NCBI GenBank assembly: GCA_011682535.1
Contig: JAACEL010000002.1
Location: forward strand, 1-35,372
Direction of reading: 5' to 3'
DNA length: 35,372 bases
From: Nitrospiraceae bacterium
GTDB taxonomy: Bacteria > Hydrogenedentota > Hydrogenedentia > Hydrogenedentales > SLHB01
The position numbers and the translations under genes were made by a program. Each line of letters begins with the position of its first letter. The stretch's first letter is position 1. The notes beneath the pieces are model-generated. The model saw only the letters and a program-made list of their open reading frames with translations. It was not told where the DNA came from and made no database searches. This document shows positions 1 to 8,356 of the stretch, in pieces.

Positions 1-4
1 CCCT

Positions 5-118
5 GCGGTCGAGATGACAAGTGGGCGGTCGAGATGACAAGTGGGCGGTCGAGATGACAAGTGGGCGGTCGAGATGACAAGTGGGCGGTCGAGACGACAA
101 GTGGGCGGTCGAGATGAC
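5..118. repeat. 20-bp tandem repeat (GCGGTCGAGATGACAAGTGG) x ~5.7, likely derived from the end of a REP-like palindrome
   Basis: Units start at 5, 25, 45, 65, 85 (one T>C) and 105 (partial), with no spacers. Window start CCCTGCGGTCGAGATGAC is the reverse complement of GTCATCTCGACCGCAGGG, a REP-like arm. Confidence 0.95.
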
Positions 119-177
119 TGGTGCATGATGTCCCGCCTGATGAACCGGATTTTCACACAATCGCCGTTCACGACTCA

Positions 178-202
178 ATCCTGTTTATCCTGTTATCCCG
201 TC
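178..202. repeat. Short triple repeat ATCCTGTTT-ATCCTGTT-ATCCCGTC (intergenic repeat remnant)
   Basis: Three near-identical 8-9-mers seen directly downstream of menD. Confidence 0.5.
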
Positions 203-302
203 AAGAAGAGATTCGGAAGCAAGCCTCCAAGAAGACTGAAGTACGCTCTTTCCGGATGAACCTCTTTTGGTATCGGTTTCTTCTTCGAGGGGGGTGTCGC
301 GC

Positions 303-2099
303 TTAGGCGCTGCAAGCGGAGGTAATGGCGATCCGCAGCGCTTGGTGGACGCGGAGGTTGTCTTCGCGGTTGGTGCGGACTTCGATGAGGGTGGAGGCGG
401 TCTGGGCGGCCGCGGCGCGGTAGGCGGCCTTGAATTCGGGGAGGGACTCGGGGGCCGCGTATTGCAGGCCGAACAACTCCGCCGCCTTTGCGAAGGTAAG
501 CGCGTGGGGCGTGCCGAAGAGTTCTTCGAAGTGTTCGGGGAAACCGGCGACGGGCAGGAATGAGAAAATGCCGCCGCCGTCATTGTTGACGACGACGAGG
601 GTGACGGGCTGGGGCAACTCGCGCAGCATGGCGAGCGCGTTGAGGTCGTGGAGCAGGGCCAAGTCGCCGAGCAGGGCGGTGACGGGTGTCTGTGCGCCCC
701 GGGCGAATCCCGCGGCGGTAGCGATGTTGCCGTCAATGCCGCTGGCCCCGCGATTGACGGCGACGCGCACCGGCGCGCCATGGGGCGAGGCGAACCGGTC
801 CATGTCGCGTATGGGCATGCTGTTACCGAGGAACAGGGTGTGCCCGGCGGGGATATCGCCAGCCACCGCGCGGGCCACGGTGGGCTCCGTCAGATAGTCG
901 TATTGCGTGAGGGTCTCCGCCACCACGCCGTTCACCGTTTCCGAGAGCCCATACAGGTGGCCGGCCCAGGCCGGATCTTGGGCGGGGGCCATGCCGGATG
1001 CGATGCCGCGGCAAATGCCGGCGCAGAATCGCGCGGGAGACGCTTCGACGCGCAGCGATACCCGATGCGCCGGATCCAGGCGATCGGGATTCTCGTCGAC
1101 GAGGATGTAGTGGCCGGGCGGGCTGTGGTCGAGGAACTGCAGCAGGCGCTTCGATACGAACGCGCCGCCCAGTTGCAGGATCACGTCGGGACGGCAGTCC
1201 TTGGGAATGGCGCCGGTCGAGAGCAGCAGGTCGTAGTGGTGGACAACCGGCGGGGCGGGCGAGCCGAGCCGGAGGCCGGAGGCGATGTCGGCGAACACCG
1301 GCCAGTTGAGCGTCTGGGCGAGTTCGCGCACGGCGGGGCCGGCATCGCCCGGCAGCGCGCCCGCGATGATGAGCCCGTGCCGCGCTCCTCGCAGCAGCTC
1401 GAGGACGCGCTCGTGCGATTCGGTGTCCGCCACGGGATGGGACGGTGCGTATGCCGTGTACGGCGTCTGCGCCGCTTCCCACTTCGCGAGGGGGGCCACG
1501 TAGGGTGCGAAGTCGCGGTCCGTTGCGGTCGGGGCGAGGGGTTCCCGGAACATCGCGTTGACGTGGACGGGGCCGGCGGGGACCCCCGTGGCGCGATGGA
1601 CGGCGTAGTCGATGGTGGTCAACAGGGTCTGGGGGGGCACCGCTTCATCGGGGCACGGCAGCGTGACGTCCCAACGCGTGTAGTGCGAAAAGATGCCCGG
1701 CTGATGGATGGTCTGGTTGGCGCCCGTATCGAGGAGTTCCGGCGGGCGGTCGGCGGTGAGCACGATGAGGGGCACGCGGCTCATGGCCGCTTCGACGATG
1801 GCGGGCAGATAGTTGGCGGCGGCGGTGCCGGAGGTGCATACCAGTGCGGCGGGGCGCTGTGTGGCTTTGGTGTAACCGAGCGCGTGGAACGCGGCGCCGC
1901 GTTCGTCGAAGTGCATGGCGTGGCGCGCGCCCGGGCGCCCGGCGACCGCCAATGCGAGCGGTGCGGAGCGTGAACCGGGGGAGAGACAGAAGAAGCGGAC
2001 TCCGTTCCGGGCCAGTTCTTCGACGATCAAGGCGCTCCAGAGGGCGTTGATGTTGGGTGAGTCGCTGAGGGTCGCTCGCTTTGCCGATTGATCAGTCAT
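303..2099 (-). CDS. menD: 2-succinyl-5-enolpyruvyl-6-hydroxy-3-cyclohexene-1-carboxylate (SEPHCHC) synthase
   Basis: Motifs SPGSRSAPL, HFDERGAAF, CTSGTAAAN, TADRPPEL, GNSMPIRD, NRGASGIDG and TPP-binding GDLALLHD...NNDGGGIF. Overlaps the menF stop. Confidence 0.96.
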   Translation of the reverse strand: MTDQSAKRATLSDSPNINALWSALIVEELARNGVRFFCLSPGSRSAPLALAVAGRPGARHAMHFDERGAAFHALGYTKATQRPAALVCTSGTAAANYLPAIVEAAMSRVPLIVLTADRPPELLDTGANQTIHQPGIFSHYTRWDVTLPCPDEAVPPQTLLTTIDYAVHRATGVPAGPVHVNAMFREPLAPTATDRDFAPYVAPLAKWEAAQTPYTAYAPSHPVADTESHERVLELLRGARHGLIIAGALPGDAGPAVRELAQTLNWPVFADIASGLRLGSPAPPVVHHYDLLLSTGAIPKDCRPDVILQLGGAFVSKRLLQFLDHSPPGHYILVDENPDRLDPAHRVSLRVEASPARFCAGICRGIASGMAPAQDPAWAGHLYGLSETVNGVVAETLTQYDYLTEPTVARAVAGDIPAGHTLFLGNSMPIRDMDRFASPHGAPVRVAVNRGASGIDGNIATAAGFARGAQTPVTALLGDLALLHDLNALAMLRELPQPVTLVVVNNDGGGIFSFLPVAGFPEHFEELFGTPHALTFAKAAELFGLQYAAPESLPEFKAAYRAAAAQTASTLIEVRTNREDNLRVHQALRIAITSACSA

Positions 2100-3462
2100 C
2101 GTTCGCCACCACGCGTTGGAAAGCTCTCATCTTCGTTTCGATCTCGCGCCATTCCTGTTCGGCCGTTGCCCCGGCGACGATCCCCGCGCCGGAATAGCAA
2201 TACAGACCCAGTCCGTCGACGAGTCCAGAGCGGATCGCGATGGCGAACTCCGAGGAATCCGCGCCGACCCAACCGACGGGTCCGGCGTACCAGCCGCGGT
2301 CGAAGGGCTCCAACTCGCGTATGCACGTCAGCGCTGCTTGAACCGAGTGGCCGCCTACGGCTGGCGTGGGGTGGAGGGCTTCCAGGACGTCGGCATCGCA
2401 ACGGCCTTCGGCCAGCGTGCCTTCGTAGTGGCAGACGAGATGCTGGCAGCTTGACAGTTTCACCAGCGAGAGCGCGTCGTCGGTGTGCACGTCCGTACAC
2501 AGCGCGGAGAACGCGCGGGCGATGCAGTCCATCACGAAGCGATGCTCGCGGAGGTCCTTGTCGCTGTGGAGGAGTTCGTCGGAAAGCTCGGCATCCTCTT
2601 GTTCGGAGTTACCGCGGGGCCGTGTCCCCGCGAGGGCTTCGCTCAGGATCCGGGCGCCGGTCCGCTTGAAGAGGCGCTCGGGCGATGCCCCGAGGAACGC
2701 CGGGCCGCCGTTTGGCTGGAAACAGAACAAAAACGCATCGGCCGCATTCTCCGCGAGCCGGGCGAGCAAATCGATGGGGTCCAGGTCTCCGGAGAACTGG
2801 AACTCAGACTGACGCGCGAGCACGACTTTCTCCATTTCGCCGGCCTCGATCCCGTCGAGCACATGCGCGACGAGGCGGTCCCATTCCTCACGGCCCGGTG
2901 AGTCGGAGCGCGAGTCGAGAGCGGGGAGGGCGATGGGAGCCGGCGGGGGCGGAAGCGCCAGTGTCTCGAAGGCCCGCTGGATCTCGCCGAGTTCGGCTTC
3001 GATTGCCTCGCCACCGCGCCAATAGGCGTTGCAGGCCAACACACACTCACCGCCCTGGGTAAGCACTTCGAATCGGGGTGCGACGAAACGATGGGCGCCG
3101 AACATACGCCATCGGGGATCGGCGGGGGCCAGGTCGTCGAAGCGCATGCCGCCGTAGTAGCGGGCTTCTGGGTGCGCATGGGACAAAGCGGCACGGAGTT
3201 CGCCGAACAGAGCGGCGTAGTCGAGGCGGCCGGCCCCGGTAACGCAGTGGGCCGCCCCAATCCCGGCCATTTCGAACGAGCGCTCGCGATCGAACCAGTA
3301 CGTCTTCTCACCGCCGCGCTGGGCGCGCAGCCAAGCCACTGCGTTCATGCGCGGGATGGGGGCCTCCGCCCGCACCAGGCACGGCGCCGGGTGTTCCGCT
3401 TCGAGCGCCTGCGTGATACTGCCCATGAGCGCATCTCTTGGGAAAGCGGCGGAGTTACTCAT
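2092..3462 (-). CDS. menF: Isochorismate synthase (menaquinone-specific)
   Basis: Chorismate-binding motifs KVVLAR, FLGASPERL, ALAGT, KDLREH, LHPTPAVGG, DRGWYAGPVG, AIAIRS, GAGIV. Directly upstream of menD. Confidence 0.93.
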   Translation of the reverse strand: MSNSAAFPRDALMGSITQALEAEHPAPCLVRAEAPIPRMNAVAWLRAQRGGEKTYWFDRERSFEMAGIGAAHCVTGAGRLDYAALFGELRAALSHAHPEARYYGGMRFDDLAPADPRWRMFGAHRFVAPRFEVLTQGGECVLACNAYWRGGEAIEAELGEIQRAFETLALPPPPAPIALPALDSRSDSPGREEWDRLVAHVLDGIEAGEMEKVVLARQSEFQFSGDLDPIDLLARLAENAADAFLFCFQPNGGPAFLGASPERLFKRTGARILSEALAGTRPRGNSEQEDAELSDELLHSDKDLREHRFVMDCIARAFSALCTDVHTDDALSLVKLSSCQHLVCHYEGTLAEGRCDADVLEALHPTPAVGGHSVQAALTCIRELEPFDRGWYAGPVGWVGADSSEFAIAIRSGLVDGLGLYCYSGAGIVAGATAEQEWREIETKMRAFQRVVANDD

Positions 3463-4207
3463 GTGCCTTCTCCGCTTCGTAGAGCGTGGCCACGCCGAAG
3501 GTCAGCGGGACGGCGCGTACGGATTCGAATCCCTGACCGCGGAGGATGTCGCAGAAGGCTTCGCCGTACGGGAAAGATTCCACCGTCCGGTTGAGGTAGC
3601 GATAGGCGTGCGGATTCCCCGAGATGACTCCGCCGACGCGCGGCAGCATGTGGCGGAAGTAGAGCAGGTAGGATGCGCGGACGAAGCGGTTGGGCGGCAG
3701 CGAGAATTCGAGGATACGCAACTGGCCGCCGGGCCGCAACACGCGATACATCTCGCGCAAGGCGCCCGCGACGTCGTGGACGTTACGGATGCCGAACGCG
3801 ATGGTGACCGCGTCGAAGGCGGCATCGGCGCAGGGAATGTGCAAAGCGTCGCCCGCCAGCGTCGAGAGTATGCCACGATGTTGGTCGCGATCCATCTTGT
3901 CCCGGCCGACTGCCAGCATCGCGGTCGCCATGTCCAGTCCGATGCCGCATTGCAGCGAGTCCAGTCCGCGCGCAAGCGTGAGCAACACGTCACCCGTGCC
4001 AGTGGCCACGTCGAGCACGCGCCGCGGGTCGTGGGGCGAGAGACTACGCGCCAATCGGGCGCGCCAAGCCGTGTCCCGCCGGAACGAGAGCAGGCGGTTG
4101 AGCAGATCGTACCGGGGGGCAATGGCGTTGAACATGCCATGCACACTGGCATCCGCGTGTCCGGCGGGCCGGTTGTGCACACTGGCTCTTGGCTTATTCA
4201 TACTCAT
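3455..4207 (-). CDS. menG: Demethylmenaquinone methyltransferase (UbiE/MenG)
   Basis: MFNAIAPRYDLLNRLLS, VLDVATGTGD, IAFGIRNV, RVLRPGG, LEFS, AYRYL. Start moved to ATG 4207 (or 4201) after a GGAG; the longer ORF overlaps the upstream gene. Confidence 0.93.
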   Translation of the reverse strand: MSMNKPRASVHNRPAGHADASVHGMFNAIAPRYDLLNRLLSFRRDTAWRARLARSLSPHDPRRVLDVATGTGDVLLTLARGLDSLQCGIGLDMATAMLAVGRDKMDRDQHRGILSTLAGDALHIPCADAAFDAVTIAFGIRNVHDVAGALREMYRVLRPGGQLRILEFSLPPNRFVRASYLLYFRHMLPRVGGVISGNPHAYRYLNRTVESFPYGEAFCDILRGQGFESVRAVPLTFGVATLYEAEKAHE

Positions 4208-4244
4208 TATCTTGAGTTCTCCGCCCCTTGGGGTGAGAGAGTCG

Positions 4245-4273
4245 ATGCTACGTCCCCACGACCGCGAATTCAA
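4245..4273 (-). promoter_or_regulatory. Putative sigma70 promoter for menG-menF-menD (TTGAAT-17-TAGCAT)
   Basis: Minus-strand TTGAAT (4273-4268), 17-nt spacer, TAGCAT (4250-4245). Confidence 0.45.
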
Positions 4274-4278
4274 CCCGG

Positions 4279-5016
4279 TCACCTGCCGCCGCGCTGCGCA
4301 CGCAAGGTCGAGAACAAGACGCGCCACACGCGCCACGAGTCGCGAACCTTTCGAAAGTGCGACGAGGCGTTACCCGGGTCGTAGAGGGTTCGGATCGGGA
4401 GTGAGGCGATGGTGTATCCGCCGCGCACGGCCCGAATCAGGATGGCCATTTCCGTTTCGTAACGGCCGCCCGGAATGTGGGCGATGATGTCTTCCAGGAA
4501 GCGCCGCGAGTGGAGCCGGAAGCCCGATTGGGTATCGGGGATGCGGCAGCGCAAGAGCAGCGCTGAGAGGGCGGCCGTGCAGCGGTTTCCGAACCAACTG
4601 GCCCAAGGAACGTTCTGTTGTCCAAAAGTTCGCATGCCGATCAATAGGTCGGCTTTCTGGCTTCGGAAACCTTCGTATAACGCAGAGAGTTCCGCGGTGT
4701 CGTGCTGACCGTCCGCGTCGACGACGGCGACGCAGTCGATAGCAGGCTCGTTGAGCGCGGTGCGGAACCCCATGATCAGTGCTTCACCTTTGCCACGGTT
4801 CTCGGGCTGGGTTTCGATGCGCGCGGGGAGATCGCGGATCGCGTCCACCCCGCCGTCGGTGCTGCCGTCGTCGACGACGACGACGTGTTCAGTGACACAC
4901 AGTGCGCCTTCAACCACGGGTCTGAGTTTTTCTCCGGCGTTGTAGCAGGGGATTACGACCGCCAAGGTGGTGTTGGACGGCGCCGTGTCGTGTTGGGGCG
5001 ATCGGGACCTGCTCAT
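4279..5016 (-). CDS. Glycosyltransferase family 2 (DPM1-like, polyprenol-phosphate glycosyltransferase-type)
   Basis: VVIPCYNA, VVVVDDGSTDG, NRGKGEAL, VDADGQH, DTQSGFR, YETEM. Start at ATG 5016, 8 nt after the stop of the response regulator. Confidence 0.88.
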   Translation of the reverse strand: MSRSRSPQHDTAPSNTTLAVVIPCYNAGEKLRPVVEGALCVTEHVVVVDDGSTDGGVDAIRDLPARIETQPENRGKGEALIMGFRTALNEPAIDCVAVVDADGQHDTAELSALYEGFRSQKADLLIGMRTFGQQNVPWASWFGNRCTAALSALLLRCRIPDTQSGFRLHSRRFLEDIIAHIPGGRYETEMAILIRAVRGGYTIASLPIRTLYDPGNASSHFRKVRDSWRVWRVLFSTLRAQRGGR

Positions 5017-5024
5017 GGCGGCAA

Positions 5025-5684
5025 CTACCCCGCCTGTTCGCTGGGCGGTTTTGCGAGGAGGCCTTTCGCATGCAGACTGGCCTGAGCGACGAGGTTGGCG
5101 ATCGTCTCGGCATGCTCGAAGATCTCGGTGGACAGTTTGTCCACCTCGGCGTTTTCGGGCAGGCTGAGGGTGAGCATGTCCACGCTGGCGTAAATGGCCT
5201 GAAGCGGGTTGTTGACGGCGTGGGACAGCTTGGCGAAGGTCTTGAGTACCTCTTCCGGGCTGGGCGCGTGGTTGCCTCGGCTTTGGGTCAGTTCCCGTTG
5301 CAGAGCGTTGATGCGTAGCGTAGCACGCACCCAGGCGCGCAGGGCGATGTCTTCGACCGGTTTGAGCAGATAACCTTCGGCGCCGGCCTCGAGGCCGGCC
5401 TGGATACTCGAGTCGTCCTGGCGGATGGCCGACATCAGGATCACGGGGATGTGGGCCGTCTTGGGTTTTTCTTTCAGGTGACGGCACACGCTGATGCCGT
5501 CCATCCCGGTCATGACCACGTCAAGCAGAACCAGATCGAAGGATGGATCGGCTTCGATCGCCTGGATCGCGGCGTCGCCACTCTCGACCAAGAACGGCTC
5601 GTAGCCGTCTTCTTCAAGGAGTGCACGCAGGATGCGCAAGTTGATGCGATCATCGTCTGCTACGAGTACTCTGACGGTAGCCAT
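5025..5684 (-). CDS. Response regulator: receiver domain plus HisKA-like dimerisation helix, no ATPase domain
   Basis: VLVADDD, DLVLLDVVMTGMDG, PVILMSA, YLLKP; C-terminal LSHAVNNPLQAI H-box. Confidence 0.88.
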   Translation of the reverse strand: MATVRVLVADDDRINLRILRALLEEDGYEPFLVESGDAAIQAIEADPSFDLVLLDVVMTGMDGISVCRHLKEKPKTAHIPVILMSAIRQDDSSIQAGLEAGAEGYLLKPVEDIALRAWVRATLRINALQRELTQSRGNHAPSPEEVLKTFAKLSHAVNNPLQAIYASVDMLTLSLPENAEVDKLSTEIFEHAETIANLVAQASLHAKGLLAKPPSEQAG

Positions 5685-5733
5685 TGGGCAACGGTCCCTG
5701 ACGTGCTAAGATCATCGGTACAGCCAAGGCCAT

Positions 5734-5761
5734 ACTATACCACGCGCGCGCGAATGGTCAA
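5734..5761 (-). promoter_or_regulatory. Putative sigma70 promoter TTGACC-16-(TG)-TATAGT
   Basis: Near-consensus -35 and extended -10 about 50 nt upstream of ATG 5684. Confidence 0.6.
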
Positions 5762-5791
5762 TTGTCGTCGTGGGTTCCCCACATAGGCATA

Positions 5792-5820
5792 TTGCACGGC
5801 GTAGGAGGGAGTGACATACT
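5792..5820 (+). promoter_or_regulatory. Putative sigma70 promoter TTGCAC-17-CATACT for the GS-family gene
   Basis: -35 at 5792-5797, -10 at 5815-5820 preceded by TG; divergent from the previous promoter. Confidence 0.4.
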
Positions 5821-5875
5821 ACGCGGCCAAGTGGAACGATTGGGCCGGGCTGAGTGATCGGAGGAGCGCCGTAAC

Positions 5876-7219
5876 GTGGAACGTCTTCGTAAGTGGGTTG
5901 AAGAGGGGCAGGTCGAGACGGTGATCGTGGCCGGGATCGACTTGCAGGGGCGGCTCTATGGCAAGCGCTGTGGGGCGCGTGTGCTTGTGCGTGACCTCAC
6001 CGATGGCGTGCACACGTGCGACTGCAACTTCGGTTGGGACGTCGAGCGGATGCTGATCCCCGGGCTGGACTTCACGGGGTGGCACACGGGTTACGGCGAC
6101 ATGGTGGCCGTGCCGGATTGGGCGACGTTGCGTCTGTGTCCCTGGTTTCCCAAGACGGCCTTGGTGCTGTGCGACACGTGTACAGCCGATGGGGCTCTCA
6201 TCCCTATCGCGCCGCGTTCGATTCTTCGGGGTCAGTTGGACCGCGCGGTCGAGGCCGGGTTCACCGTCAAGGCCGCGTCGGAGCTTGAGTTCTTCCTCTT
6301 TCGCGAGACGCTGGAGAGTTCGCGCGCCAAGGACTATGCCGGACTCGAAACCATCTCCAGTTATATCAGCGATTATTCGATATTCCGCTCCTCGATGGAC
6401 GAGTGGCTGCTGGGCGATCTGCGCCGGAACCTCGATGAAGCCGGGATTGAGATCGAGTGCAGCAAGTCCGAGTGGGGCCATGGCCAACAGGAGATCAACC
6501 TCGTCTATACCGACGCGCTGGAAATGGCCGACCGCCATTGCGTGTTCAAGAACGCCGTGCGCGAGATGGCGGCGCTGAAGGGTGTACAGGCGTCGTTCAT
6601 GGCCAAATGGCACAGCGAGCATTCTTCCAGTGGCTGCCACGTTCACATGAGCCTGTGGAAAGACGGCGCCCCCGCTTTCTTCGATGCGGACGCCGACCAC
6701 CACATGTCGTCCACGATGCGGCATTTCCTGGGTGGCATGATGACGCTGGCGCGCGACCTGCAACTGTTCTACGCGCCGACGATCAACTCGTACAAACGAT
6801 ATGCCGACGAGACCTTCGCGCCCACGACGATTACGTGGGGCGGCGACAACCGCACCGTGGGGTTCCGCACCTGCGGGCATGGCGCGTCCACCCGCGTCGA
6901 AAATCGGATACCGGGCGCCGACGTCAACGGGCCGCTCGCCTATGCGGCCATGCTCGCGTCGGGGTTGTACGGAATCGAGCACGAGTTGGAGCCGGTCGGG
7001 CCTTTCGTGGAAGCGAACGCCTACGCCGAGTCTGACGCACCCCGCGTACACCGTGGTCTGCGGGACGCGGCCGATGCATTGGAGACCAGCGGGGTGGCCC
7101 GCGAGTTGCTCGGCGATGATGTGGTCGATCACTACGTGGCCGTGGCGCGGTGGGAAATCGAGGCGTTTGATTCGTCGGTGACGGACTGGGAGCGCCGTCG
7201 CTATTTCGAATTGATCTGA
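5876..7219 (+). CDS. Glutamine synthetase family protein (gamma-glutamylamine ligase, PuuA/GlnA4-like)
   Basis: GGAGGAG RBS + GTG. DLQGRLYGKR, GYGDMVAVPD, ASELEFF, EWGHGQQEIN, FMAK, SSGCHVHMSLW, PTINSYKR, WGGDNRT, RVENRIPGAD, VTDWE. Confidence 0.9.
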   Translation: MERLRKWVEEGQVETVIVAGIDLQGRLYGKRCGARVLVRDLTDGVHTCDCNFGWDVERMLIPGLDFTGWHTGYGDMVAVPDWATLRLCPWFPKTALVLCDTCTADGALIPIAPRSILRGQLDRAVEAGFTVKAASELEFFLFRETLESSRAKDYAGLETISSYISDYSIFRSSMDEWLLGDLRRNLDEAGIEIECSKSEWGHGQQEINLVYTDALEMADRHCVFKNAVREMAALKGVQASFMAKWHSEHSSSGCHVHMSLWKDGAPAFFDADADHHMSSTMRHFLGGMMTLARDLQLFYAPTINSYKRYADETFAPTTITWGGDNRTVGFRTCGHGASTRVENRIPGADVNGPLAYAAMLASGLYGIEHELEPVGPFVEANAYAESDAPRVHRGLRDAADALETSGVARELLGDDVVDHYVAVARWEIEAFDSSVTDWERRRYFELI

Positions 7220-7220
7220 G

Positions 7221-7467
7221 CCCGAACGTCGGGCGGCGTATTGTGGCGCGCCCGAAGTGCTTGGTCGAGGACTAGAGCGTTTCACGATTGAGATGTCGTC
7301 TATCTGCGACAGTGAGGACAAGGCTGACAAGGAACAAGAACGCAGCCATAGCGAGTTAAGGCGAGTTCTTGTGACGCGGGCGGCCGATGCCGCAACAAGC
7401 AGATTGGCGACAGATGAATCGTGAAACGCTCTAAGCTTGCCGCGCGCGCCACGACGGATCTGTCGGG
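7221..7467 (+). repeat. Dispersed intergenic palindromic repeat, copy 1 (interrupted by a MITE)
   Basis: 7221-7264 is 42/44 identical to 23902-23945. Right arm GCGCGCCACGACGGATCTGTCGGG (7443-7467) resembles 33419-33445 and pairs with the left arm GTGGCGCGC. Confidence 0.8.
7273..7433. mobile_element. Miniature inverted-repeat element (MITE), 161 bp, non-coding
   Basis: Perfect 17-bp inverted repeats TAGAGCGTTTCACGATT (7273-7289) and AATCGTGAAACGCTCTA (7417-7433), extending imperfectly to ~35 bp. TA at both ends; no transposase. Confidence 0.75.
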
Positions 7468-7520
7468 ATTCCCCGGGACAGAACCGATATTGCAGTAGAA
7501 GTCGAAGGGAGGAGTGGAAC

Positions 7521-8279
7521 ATGAGACTGAAAAACAAGGTCGCCATTATTACGGGAGCGGGCATGGGCATGGGGCGCGAAGCCGCCCTGTTGTTCGCCAA
7601 GCAGAAGGCGAAGGTCATCGTTTTCGACATCGACAAGAAGGCCGGTGGCGAGACGGCACGCTTGATTCGCAAGGCGGGCGGCGAGGCGTTGTTCGTGCAG
7701 GGCGACGTGAGCGACGAGGCCGACGTCAAGAAGGCCATTCAGAAGGGCGTGAAGAAGTTTGGCGGCCTTCACATTTTGTATTCCAACGCTGGGGTGCTGT
7801 GGAAAGATCGCGATAAATCCGTCATCGACACGACGGTGGCGAACTGGGATCTCGTCCAGGCGATCAACCTGCGCGGGCCATTTCTGTTGACCAAACACGG
7901 GATCCCCGAACTGCGGAAGTCGGGCGGCGGCTCGATTATCCTGGTGGGTTCGATCTCGGCATTGGCGGGATTCACGTTGGCGCAGGACTCGTATACCTGC
8001 GCAAAAGGCGCGATGCTGTCTTTGGCGAAGTCGCTTGCCGTACAGTTCGGCTCCGACAACATCCGCTGCAACGTGATTCATCCGGGCATGATCGACACGC
8101 CATTGCAGGAGGTCTACTTCACCGAAGCCGAGTTGAAGGAGATCGGCGACTCGATCCCGATCCGCCGGATCGGCAAGGCGCGCGATATTGCCAATGCCGC
8201 GCTCTTTCTGGCCTCCGACGAATCGAGCTTCATGACCGGCGCGGAGATGATCGTGGACGGCGGATTCATCGCCACGTAA
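7521..8279 (+). CDS. Short-chain dehydrogenase/reductase (SDR family oxidoreductase)
   Basis: GGAGGAG RBS + ATG 7521; TGAGMGMG, SNAG, YTCAKG (YxxxK), IHPGMIDT, VDGG. Confidence 0.92.
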   Translation: MRLKNKVAIITGAGMGMGREAALLFAKQKAKVIVFDIDKKAGGETARLIRKAGGEALFVQGDVSDEADVKKAIQKGVKKFGGLHILYSNAGVLWKDRDKSVIDTTVANWDLVQAINLRGPFLLTKHGIPELRKSGGGSIILVGSISALAGFTLAQDSYTCAKGAMLSLAKSLAVQFGSDNIRCNVIHPGMIDTPLQEVYFTEAELKEIGDSIPIRRIGKARDIANAALFLASDESSFMTGAEMIVDGGFIAT

Positions 8280-8301
8280 CCGCCGAAATGTGCTAACAAA
8301 C

Positions 8302-8345
8302 AACTCCCGGGACCGGTATTGGCCAGTCCCGGGAGTTTCGTTTTG
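8302..8345. terminator. Bidirectional rho-independent terminator between convergent genes
   Basis: 12-bp stem AACTCCCGGGAC / GTCCCGGGAGTT, followed by TCGTTTTG and preceded by AACAAAC. Confidence 0.7.
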
Positions 8346-8356
8346 CTGTGCGGCGC

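Noticed and set aside
5-118. Possible CRISPR array
   Set aside because: Units are contiguous 20-mers with no unique spacers, and there are no cas genes in the window.
4218-4240. Hairpin overlapping the menG RBS as a riboswitch or thermometer
   Set aside because: The leader is too short and the stem has only a 2-nt loop; no aptamer motif recognised.
5017-5487. N-terminal extension of the GT2 ORF (also extensions of menG to 4336, porD to 14925 and SDR to 7437)
   Set aside because: The extensions overlap neighbouring genes or repeats and are low-complexity; family homology starts at the downstream starts used here.
5784-5797. Sigma54 promoter upstream of the GS-like gene (GGCAT...TTGCA)
   Set aside because: Spacing between GG and GC is too short for the -24/-12 consensus.
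7220-7264. Dispersed repeat as integron attC sites (GCCCGAAC resembles an inverse core after stop codons)
   Set aside because: No consistent complementary GTTRRRY core at a fixed distance, no integrase, and the flanking genes are ordinary operonic metabolic genes, not a cassette array.
5819-7738. 639-aa antisense ORF, and similar long shadow ORFs (8348-9889, 11159-12907, 16466-18499, 25746-27101, 28070-29302, 30378-32830, 34445-35353)
   Set aside because: They lie opposite well-supported genes, have no recognisable motifs, and are expected from high-GC codon bias.
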